Assembly: GCA_036478295.1 (NCBI GenBank)
Contig: JAZGDW010000192.1
Coordinates: 1 to 15,867, forward strand
Length of the DNA: 15,867 nucleotides
Direction: 5' to 3'
From: Candidatus Krumholzibacteriia bacterium
GTDB taxonomy: Bacteria > Krumholzibacteriota > Krumholzibacteriia > WVZY01
Position numbers and translations under genes: made by a program. The notes beneath the pieces were generated by a model. That model did not search any database. It was not told the origin of the DNA and saw only the letters and a program-made list of their open reading frames with translations. This document shows positions 8,516-15,159 of the stretch, one piece after another; position 1 is the stretch's first letter; each line of letters opens with the position of its first letter.

Positions 8516-9402
8516 GACTTCATGCCTGGTTATTCACATTCGCGTTTGGAATCGTGGTAACGGCGTGCGGCGATCTTCTCGTGGCGCAGACGGACTCAAC
8601 GGCGACCCGTGAGACGACGGCCGCTGCCGATAGCGCACCGGACACACTCGCGTCGCCGGTTCACACGACCGAGGCACAGGATAGTTTTCTGCCTGGATTC
8701 GTTCCGTTCGGCGAAGGCGAGAAGCTCGTGTTCGCGGTGCAGTACGGCATCATAACAGCGGGCGAAGCCACCCTGGAGATACGGAACATTTCTGACATAG
8801 ACGGCACCCCCTGCTACAATATTGTCTCCAACGCCCGCACCAATGACGTGTTTTCGGCGTTTTTCAAGGTTCGTGACCGTTTCGTGTCCCTGATGGATAC
8901 CACGGAGCTGGTGAGTCTTCGTTACGAGAAGCACCTGCGCGAGGGCAAGTTCAAGCGGGACGAGGTTGCGACGTTCGACCAGAAGGAGCACAAAGCGATT
9001 TATGATGAAAAGGTGGTAAGAATCGCGCCCCGGACACAGGACATCCTGTCGTCGATGTACTACGTTCGTACGCTGCCGCTCTCGGTCGGCAAAGTTATCT
9101 CACTGGCCACCCATTCCAACGGCAAGAACTACCCGCTAGCGGTCAAGGTTCTGCGGGAGGAAAAAGTGACGGTCGACGCGGGCACGTTCGACTGCCTCGT
9201 TGTCGAACCGTTCCTGGAGGGCGCAGGATTGTTCAATCAAAAGGGAAGGTTGACGGTGTGGGTGACCAATGATAAGTATAGGATTCCGGTGCTGATGAAG
9301 ACGCAGGTGTTCATCGGGGCGGTTTCCGCCGTTCTCAAGAGTTACCGGCTGGCGTACAAGTTGAACCATGACGAGCAAGTACGATCAAGCGGATCTGAAT
9401 AA
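8512..9402 (+). CDS. DUF3108-like exported protein, possible lipoprotein
   Basis: Start GTG 8512 (GTGA overlap). Hydrophobic N-terminus ending in VTAC, then a T/A/D/S-rich linker, then PFGEGEKLVFAVQYGIITAGEATL, FFKVRDRF, QDILSSMYYVR, EKVTVDAGTFDC and VWVTNDKYRIPV, the pattern I associate with DUF3108 (LolA-like fold clan). Confidence 0.75.
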   Translation: MRLHAWLFTFAFGIVVTACGDLLVAQTDSTATRETTAAADSAPDTLASPVHTTEAQDSFLPGFVPFGEGEKLVFAVQYGIITAGEATLEIRNISDIDGTPCYNIVSNARTNDVFSAFFKVRDRFVSLMDTTELVSLRYEKHLREGKFKRDEVATFDQKEHKAIYDEKVVRIAPRTQDILSSMYYVRTLPLSVGKVISLATHSNGKNYPLAVKVLREEKVTVDAGTFDCLVVEPFLEGAGLFNQKGRLTVWVTNDKYRIPVLMKTQVFIGAVSAVLKSYRLAYKLNHDEQVRSSGSE

Positions 9403-10318
9403 GATTCGACCGATTCCGATCGCAAGCCGCGAATCGAAGGTTCGCGTCGAGCACTTTGTCGATCCAGAAACGGTGGGAGCCGGAGTCACCGGCGCCGCAC
9501 TTGCCGGAATCTTCCCCGACATTCTGAAGGGCGATGACTTCAAACGGGTCGTTGCTGCGCTTCAGACGGCCCGCAGCAACAAGAAGCAGATCTTGTGGCT
9601 AATTGGATCGCACGTGATAAAATGCGGCCTGTCGCTCTATATCAATTCGCTGATCGATAAAGGATATGTTACCGCGCTGTCCACGACGGGGTCGGCGACG
9701 GTTCACGATCTCGAGCTGGCCTTTTACGGCAAGACATCGGAAGACGTGGCGGCCGAATTGCCGCGAGGTCGCTTTGGGATGTCCCAAGAAACGTCGGAGC
9801 GGTTTGTTGCGGCGTGCCGGCACGCCGCCGAGCGCGAGCTGGGACTCGGTGAAGGTGTCGGGGAATACGTGGTGCAGGAAGCAGCGCCGCACGAGCGGGT
9901 CAGCATTTTCGGCGCCGCGCATCGTCACAACGTACCGGCCACCGTCCACGTCGCGTTGGGCACGGACATTACCCATCAACATCCCGCGTTTCCGGCCGCC
10001 CTGGTCGGAGAATTGTCGATGCGGGATTTCCGCATTTTGACTTCAGTAATAGGCGATGTTTTCGAGGGCGGCGTCGTCGTCGTCTTCGGGGCCGCCGTGG
10101 TCCTCCCGGAAGTGTTCCTGAAATCGGTATCGATCGCCTACAACCTTGGCAAGAAGCCCGACGGCGTGACAGCGGCGAGCTTCGACATGTTTCAGCAGTA
10201 TCGGGTCAAGGAGAATGTGCTTTCCAGGCCGTTTCAAGGAAGCGGCAGGAACTATTCCTTCAGTGGCCATCATGAGATCATGCTGCCGCTCCTGTATCAT
10301 CTCCTGGACCGGGGTTAG
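9368..10318 (+). CDS. Conserved hypothetical protein with a deoxyhypusine-synthase-like (DHS/NAD-binding) fold; function unknown
   Basis: 316-aa ORF overlapping the upstream gene by 35 bp. Blocks [10 protein letters not shown]..I..L...G.[39 protein letters not shown] and [10 protein letters not shown] are colinear with DHS motifs (manual comparison). Confidence 0.7.
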   Translation: [316 protein letters not shown]

Positions 10319-10320
10319 AG

Positions 10321-10351
10321 AGGCTGGTAGCCTGTCAGCGGGTTGGTGCGA
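10321..10351 (+). promoter_or_regulatory. JUMPstart/ops-like hairpin element upstream of the O-antigen ligase-family gene
   Basis: AGGCTGGTAGCCTGTCAGCGGGTTGGTGCG. It forms either AGGCT-GGT-AGCCT or GCTGGTA-GCC-TGTCAGC hairpins and resembles the enterobacterial JUMPstart pattern CTGGTAGC...CAG-GGGCGGTAGCG. Confidence 0.35.
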
Positions 10352-10431
10352 TATACGCCCGGCGGCGGGTCCGTAACGTGCTTGCGCGCACGGGAATTGA
10401 ATCGGAAGAAACAAAAGTGCGAATTGCTCAC

Positions 10432-11976
10432 ATGCGCAAACGGATAACGGAGCTGCTTTGGCAGTACGTGCCGATTGCCGCTGTCCTCGGCCTGGCGTCG
10501 CTCGTTCTCGCCAGCCAGGTCGTGCGGCCGCACCGCCGCATGATCAAGATGTCCGTTATGCTGGTTGCGCTCGTCATCATGCTGCGCTTCGAGATGCTGT
10601 ACAGTCTGTACTTCTTCGTCTTCCTTTTCCCGTTTCCTAGCGGGATTCTCGTCACCAGTACCAACATCCTGCTGATGACTCTCCTCACGTTGCTGTGGAT
10701 GGTGCGCGCGAACGCGACCGGAGTTCGGCTGTTCGCGAGGACCGAGATCGATGGTTTTGTCATCTTGTTCTTGGTCGCCTATCTGCTGTCCTTTTTCAAC
10801 ATAGAACAAAAGTCGGATCTGATAGAGGGAGTCAAGATCGTGTGGCGCCAGGCGACGGCCTTCGCCTTTTTCTATTTGATTGTCACTTTTGTCACCGACG
10901 AGAAGAAACTCGAAGGGATAATTAAGGTAGCGTCCCTGTCGGCGGGCTTTCTGGTTCTGACCGCGCTGATCGAAATGGTGTCACCCGGAATCACCATTAT
11001 CCCCGGCTGGATCATGACGGGGCAAAAGCTGGGACAGGGCGAGCTGGGGTATCGACTGGAGGCGCTACGTGTGGGTGGATCGGTGGCCAGTCATGGGCTG
11101 CTGTCGGACTACTGTACTATCAGCATTTTTTTTATGGTTATGTTGTTCATGCGGGCAAGAAACCCCATCGAGAAACTGATGTGGCTGGCCGTGAGCACCG
11201 GCACCTTCATTGTGCTCCTCGCGACCGCCAACCGCGGCGCTTTTTTCAGCTTCATTTTCGGGGTGATCTACTTTTTGTATGTGTTCCGGCACCGCTTCAA
11301 CCTCGTTCGCTACGTTATCGTTATTTCCGCCATCCTGGCGTTTTTCTCGGTTGCGCAGCTGATGCTCGACAGATACACGTTGGCGGCGTCGATTACACAG
11401 CGCGTGGTCGGCACCGAATTTATAGGGTGGGTTCCAGACAGCCGGGTCGGCGTGTGGGAGGCGCCTCTGCGACGCAGCACCGAGCACCTCTTCTTCGGGC
11501 ATGGTCCCTTTTATGGTGTCGCGCCGGGACTGGAACGGATGCTGTGGCCCCACAACGCGTATATCTATTATTTGTATACCCTGGGGCTCCTGGGACTGAC
11601 GGCATTCATGCTCATCGTCTACCGCGTCGCGAGAACTTCTTTTCGCCACAGGAGCCTTGTGGTCCGAAACACATTCGTCGGCACGGTGATGGGCATCCTG
11701 CACATCCAGCTGGCGATGTTCTTGCTCGAACAGCTGCGCACCGATCACCAGCGCAACACGGACTTCGTGTACATCTATATCGCGTGGATGTTGTTCGGGC
11801 TTATCGTTGCCGCAGGCAAATTGATCCGGGAACGCGAAAAGGCGGCGGCCGTGGCGACGAGCACTACAGATAACCCAGCGCCTTCAACTGGCGAATTATC
11901 TCCGGGTTGGCCAGTGACTCGGCCTGGTGCCCAAGCTCCTGGGCCTTTTCCAGGTAGAGGTCCAGCCTCCTCATGA
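10432..11976 (+). CDS. O-antigen ligase family (WaaL/Wzy_C) polytopic membrane protein
   Basis: About 12 hydrophobic segments, LLATANRGAF (T-x-S/N-R-G), periplasmic loop SRVGVWE...FFGHG, and PHNAYIYYLYTLGLLG (HN-x-Y...G-l-l-G, catalytic His). Start is ATG 10432 or GTG 10417; the ORF-track start of 10378 is less likely. Confidence 0.85.
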   Translation: MRKRITELLWQYVPIAAVLGLASLVLASQVVRPHRRMIKMSVMLVALVIMLRFEMLYSLYFFVFLFPFPSGILVTSTNILLMTLLTLLWMVRANATGVRLFARTEIDGFVILFLVAYLLSFFNIEQKSDLIEGVKIVWRQATAFAFFYLIVTFVTDEKKLEGIIKVASLSAGFLVLTALIEMVSPGITIIPGWIMTGQKLGQGELGYRLEALRVGGSVASHGLLSDYCTISIFFMVMLFMRARNPIEKLMWLAVSTGTFIVLLATANRGAFFSFIFGVIYFLYVFRHRFNLVRYVIVISAILAFFSVAQLMLDRYTLAASITQRVVGTEFIGWVPDSRVGVWEAPLRRSTEHLFFGHGPFYGVAPGLERMLWPHNAYIYYLYTLGLLGLTAFMLIVYRVARTSFRHRSLVVRNTFVGTVMGILHIQLAMFLLEQLRTDHQRNTDFVYIYIAWMLFGLIVAAGKLIREREKAAAVATSTTDNPAPSTGELSPGWPVTRPGAQAPGPFPGRGPASS

Positions 11977-13759
11977 GATCGGCCATGACCTCGGGCTCGC
12001 TAGCGGAGAGATCACGGTACTCCTGCGGGTCTTTGTCGAGGTCGTACAGATAGGCCGTATCCGTCGAGTCGACGTACATGACTTTCCAGTTGCGCTCGAC
12101 GAGCGCGGCGCAGAAATCACCTTCCGAGATCGATGCGAGCTCCAGATCACGGGTCTCGCCGGTGAGCAAGGGTTCAAGACTCTGCCCCATGGCTTCCTGG
12201 GGGACGGGCTGGCCGATGATCCCGGCCAGCGTCGGCAGGATATCGATGTGCCTTACCAAGGACTCGACGCGCCGCCCGCCCTGGTAGCGGGCCGGATCCC
12301 AGACGATGAGCGGCACCCTGATGAGTCCCTCGATCACCAGGTTGGTGTGGTAGAGGCTCCCGTGTTCGAGAAACTCGTCGCCGTGATCCGCGGTGATGAT
12401 GACGATGGTTTCCCGCTCCTGTGAGATCTGCCGCACCCGGTCGAGAATGCGGCCGATCTCATGGTCGGCGTACAGAATAGTCGCGTCGTAGTAATCGCGC
12501 AGGGCTTCGAGCCGTTCTGGATCGAGGTCTTGTGGCCGGCCTGCCTTGAGTAGTTGCAGCGTCTCTATAAACAACTCCGCGGCGTCGGGACCGTCCGTCG
12601 ACGGGCGAATTCGCCGTTCGAACTCCTCGGGCGCGACGTAGGGATGATGCGTGTCCATGTAGTGCATGTAGAGGAAAAAAGGCCGGTCCTGCAGGTGGTC
12701 CAGCCAGGCCAGGCCGCGGTCGGTGAGCGCGGCGGCTCCGGGTGAGCCGGTAGAGGCATATTCCGGCCGTCCCAGCACATTGAGTTTTCGGAGCAGCTTG
12801 TACAGGCCGAGGGCGTAACAACCCGCGTTGAACTCTTCCACGCGATCGAAACCCTGGGTCATCCCGAATGCGGATTTGAGGTAGATGTTGGTCATCAGGC
12901 CGACGGAGGTGTAGTTCGCCCGCTGAAACAACTCCGCGATGGTCACGCGGTCGTCCGGCAACGGGCTCATGAGTTCACCCCGGCTGATGGCTCCGTGAAA
13001 CGACGGGTAGAGTGAGGTAAAGATGGCGGGCATGGCCAGCACCGTCCGGTTGCCATGCGAGCGCGCGTTCAGGAACACAACGCCCTCGGCGGCCACCCGA
13101 TCCATATTGGGAGAGGTCGGGCGTTCATAGCCGTATGCCGACAGGTGGTCGGCGCGCAGGGCGTCCAAAACAATGAAGACCACGTTGGGGCCGGCACTCG
13201 GGTCGGCTGGGGGTTGCGGCAGGCGAAATTCACTTCCGCGCTGGGTGAGGAACAGTACCAGCGCGAGCAATACAGATGCGGCCGTGGGTGGTACGAGGTG
13301 TTTCGTGCGAGGGGGCCGCCCCTTGGGTGCAATAATCCTGCCCGCCGCCATCGCCACGGCGGCGGCGGCCAACAGAAAAGCGACGATGAACAGCATATCA
13401 GGGGACGCCCACAGTCTCCGAATCGCGGACAGGGGGTGGTTGCGCAGGTACCAGAACGACGCCGCCAGAAAGAACCACGCTCCCGCGTAGAACCGGACGA
13501 AGCCGGCGGGCCGCAGCAGTCGCCCGGCGAGCACGCTGGGTGTCGCGACCACCAGGCCGAAGACCGTGCCGGCGGCGATGAAGGACACCAGATAGACGAA
13601 AACCACGCGTGCGAGAGAATCACCGAGCAGGCTGTAGTGGCCGCGATACGGGATCACGGCTTCGGCGACGAGCAGGGTCACGCCTCCCACTACGCCAAAA
13701 CAGCAGGCCGTCAGCAAGTGCCCCGCGAACGCCCTCGGTCGATCATTGCCGGTCCGCAT
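11864..13759 (-). CDS. Membrane-anchored sulfatase-like hydrolase/transferase (alkaline phosphatase superfamily, Thr-type)
   Basis: About 5 N-terminal TM segments, then PNVVFIVLDALRADHLSAYGYERPTSPNMD, RTVLAMPAIFTSLYPSFHG, PFFLYMHYMDTHHPY, IITADHGDEFLEHG, VRHIDILPT, LYDLDKDPQE and C-terminal LKALGYL. SD AAGGAG (13767-13772, minus strand) lies 7 nt before ATG 13759. Confidence 0.9.
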   Translation of the reverse strand: MRTGNDRPRAFAGHLLTACCFGVVGGVTLLVAEAVIPYRGHYSLLGDSLARVVFVYLVSFIAAGTVFGLVVATPSVLAGRLLRPAGFVRFYAGAWFFLAASFWYLRNHPLSAIRRLWASPDMLFIVAFLLAAAAVAMAAGRIIAPKGRPPRTKHLVPPTAASVLLALVLFLTQRGSEFRLPQPPADPSAGPNVVFIVLDALRADHLSAYGYERPTSPNMDRVAAEGVVFLNARSHGNRTVLAMPAIFTSLYPSFHGAISRGELMSPLPDDRVTIAELFQRANYTSVGLMTNIYLKSAFGMTQGFDRVEEFNAGCYALGLYKLLRKLNVLGRPEYASTGSPGAAALTDRGLAWLDHLQDRPFFLYMHYMDTHHPYVAPEEFERRIRPSTDGPDAAELFIETLQLLKAGRPQDLDPERLEALRDYYDATILYADHEIGRILDRVRQISQERETIVIITADHGDEFLEHGSLYHTNLVIEGLIRVPLIVWDPARYQGGRRVESLVRHIDILPTLAGIIGQPVPQEAMGQSLEPLLTGETRDLELASISEGDFCAALVERNWKVMYVDSTDTAYLYDLDKDPQEYRDLSASEPEVMADLMRRLDLYLEKAQELGHQAESLANPEIIRQLKALGYL

Positions 13760-13970
13760 CACGAGGCTCCTTTCCAGGCGATACAGTAGCGGGCCGGCGA
13801 CCCGGTGGCCGGCGTCCCTCGTGCCTCGTGGGGGGGCGCGTCAGGGCTCACGCGCAGGCCATGGGTCGGCGCCGGTGGGTGAGGCAAGAAGTGTCGAGAT
13901 GCGCGGATCAAGGATACAGAGCTTGTCAACGGAAGTACTGCCAGGCTGTTACGCCAGCCTGCTAGCACTG

Positions 13971-13999
13971 ATAGTAACAGAAATGGCGGGGATATTCGA
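13971..13999 (-). promoter_or_regulatory. Candidate extended -10 sigma70 promoter for the sulfatase-like gene
   Basis: Minus strand TCGAAT (13999-13994)-N17-TACTAT (13976-13971), with TG-n directly before the -10. The -35 is weak (3/6). Confidence 0.45.
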
Positions 14000-14133
14000 G
14001 GCCAAAGTGAGGTGGGTGGTTCCAAACAACCGCGGGTAGGGCACGCGGAGGCGTGGTGGAAGGGCAGCAGCGGTGGCCGCCCCGGGGCCACGTGTGTGGG
14101 CGGCCGGCAGGCGATTCGGGCGCCATGTACACC

Positions 14134-14162
14134 TTGACATCAGGATGGGGAGATGGTACTAT
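14134..14162 (+). promoter_or_regulatory. Near-consensus sigma70 promoter for the polysaccharide locus
   Basis: TTGACA (14134-14139)-N17-TACTAT (14157-14162) with extended TG at 14154-14155, followed by an AT-rich stretch. Confidence 0.8.
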
Positions 14163-14168
14163 TATCAA

Positions 14169-14335
14169 ACAAATCAGGAGGTTACCCCGAGTTACTGTTA
14201 AAGCATCTTATACTTGATTTACAGCTTAGGTTTTCAATTGTGGAGCGCTGGTAGCGCGCCAGTATAAGTTTCTTTGGCAGGAGGTTCGGGTTGAGCGATG
14301 TGCCGTATTCCCTTGGATCAGGGTGCGGTTTTTTT
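14169..14335 (+). ncRNA. Putative structured leader/attenuator RNA (or sRNA) between promoter and terminator
   Basis: Hand pairing gives 14186-14193/14283-14290, 14195-14203/14272-14280 and 14207-14214/14261-14268 (25 bp, 5 G-U), an apical GCGCT-GGT-AGCGC hairpin (14245-14257), and then a terminator. The 5' end is inferred from the promoter. Confidence 0.5.
14302..14335 (+). terminator. Intrinsic terminator within the 5' leader of the sugar transferase gene
   Basis: GCCGTA-tt-CCCT-tggatc-AGGG-TGCGGT stem-loop followed by a T7 run (14329-14335), about 57 nt before the start codon. Confidence 0.6.
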
Positions 14336-14392
14336 GTGTCCAGGAGTGGGATTGATACGTCTTTTGTCAGGATAGCAGAGTAGGAGTCTTGT

Positions 14393-15091
14393 GTGGGCGT
14401 GAAGGAAGAAGTAACAACAAGGGCCGGGCGGGTTTTGGACGCCGGTGTGAACACTGCGGCGCCGGTGCCGATCGAGATCCGGCAGTCGTCGATGTATGAC
14501 CTGGGCAAGCGGATTTTTGACCTGGCCGCGGGGTCGCTGATTCTGCTGCTGCTGTTGCCGATCATTCCGTTGATCGCCATCATGATCAAGCTGGACAGCC
14601 CGGGACCGGTATTCTTCAAACAGGAGCGTGTCGGCAAGAACGGCCGGGTTTTCAAGTTTTTCAAGTTTCGCTCGATGTACCGGGAGGCGGAACGACGACG
14701 CAGGGAAGTGGAGAGTCTCAATGAGCAAGAGGGGCCTGTTTTCAAGGCTCGCTTGGATCCCCGGGTGACGGTTGTGGGAGGTTTCCTGCGACGGTCCAGT
14801 CTCGACGAGATCCCCCAGATTTTCAACGTGTTGCGGGGTGAGATGAGCATCGTTGGTCCGCGGCCGCACCTGCCGGCCGAGGTGAAGAAATACCAACCGT
14901 GGCACCGCAAGCGGCTCGAGGTGACGCCGGGTATCACCTGTTTGTGGCAGATATCCGGTCGTAGCCACATCAGTTTTAACGAATGGATGCGTCTCGACGT
15001 GGAGTATTTACGGCTCCGTAGTTTCAAGACTGACCTCGCGATTTTCCTCAAAACCATCCCCGCGGTGATTGCCAGGAAAGGTGCGTACTAG
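14393..15091 (+). CDS. Undecaprenyl-phosphate glycosyl-1-phosphate transferase (Bac_transf; small WcaJ/WbaP/PglC-type initiating transferase)
   Basis: KRIFDL plus hydrophobic helix, DSPGPVFFKQERVGKNGRVFKFFKFRSM, DPRVT, SLDEIPQIFNVLRGEMSIVGPRP (DE dyad), PGITCLWQISGRS. SD AGGAG at 14382-14386 before GTG 14393. Confidence 0.93.
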   Translation: MGVKEEVTTRAGRVLDAGVNTAAPVPIEIRQSSMYDLGKRIFDLAAGSLILLLLLPIIPLIAIMIKLDSPGPVFFKQERVGKNGRVFKFFKFRSMYREAERRRREVESLNEQEGPVFKARLDPRVTVVGGFLRRSSLDEIPQIFNVLRGEMSIVGPRPHLPAEVKKYQPWHRKRLEVTPGITCLWQISGRSHISFNEWMRLDVEYLRLRSFKTDLAIFLKTIPAVIARKGAY

Positions 15092-15109
15092 GGCCCGGGG
15101 TACCGGGCC
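15092..15109 (+). other. GC-rich hairpin with GGTA loop immediately after the sugar transferase stop codon
   Basis: GGCCCGG-GGTA-CCGGGCC, a perfect 7-bp stem. There is no U-tract, so it is not a classical intrinsic terminator. Confidence 0.5.
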
Positions 15110-15131
15110 ATCCCGTGGTCTTCAGGAGTGT

Positions 15132-15159
15132 TTGACAAGCGATTTTTTGGTGGCATGAT
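15132..15159 (+). promoter_or_regulatory. Candidate sigma70 promoter upstream of the wza-like gene
   Basis: TTGACA (15132-15137)-N16-CATGAT (15154-15159) with TG-n extension, 52 nt before the ATG. Confidence 0.55.

Noticed and set aside
13911..13929. Minus-strand TTGACA (13929-13924) followed by TATCCT
   Set aside because: The spacing is only 7 nt, and no -10-like hexamer sits at 16-18 nt.
13746..14168. Short ORFs in the divergent intergenic region (13746-14039 +, 13759-14091 -, 13949-14140 -, 13962-14168 -)
   Set aside because: Pro/Arg/Gly-rich low-information translations, no clear SD, and they overlap predicted promoters.
14240..14335. Possible tRNA, SRP RNA or T-box, suggested by TGGTAGCGCG and GGTTCG words
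   Set aside because: No cloverleaf with acceptor stem or TTCRA T-loop, no SRP GGAA domain IV, and no T-box GGTGGNACC motif.
14381..14383. In-frame TAG upstream of the sugar transferase as an amber readthrough or pseudogene signal
   Set aside because: The upstream frame shows no resemblance to WcaJ/WbaP N-terminal domains, and the gene has its own SD and a complete catalytic domain.
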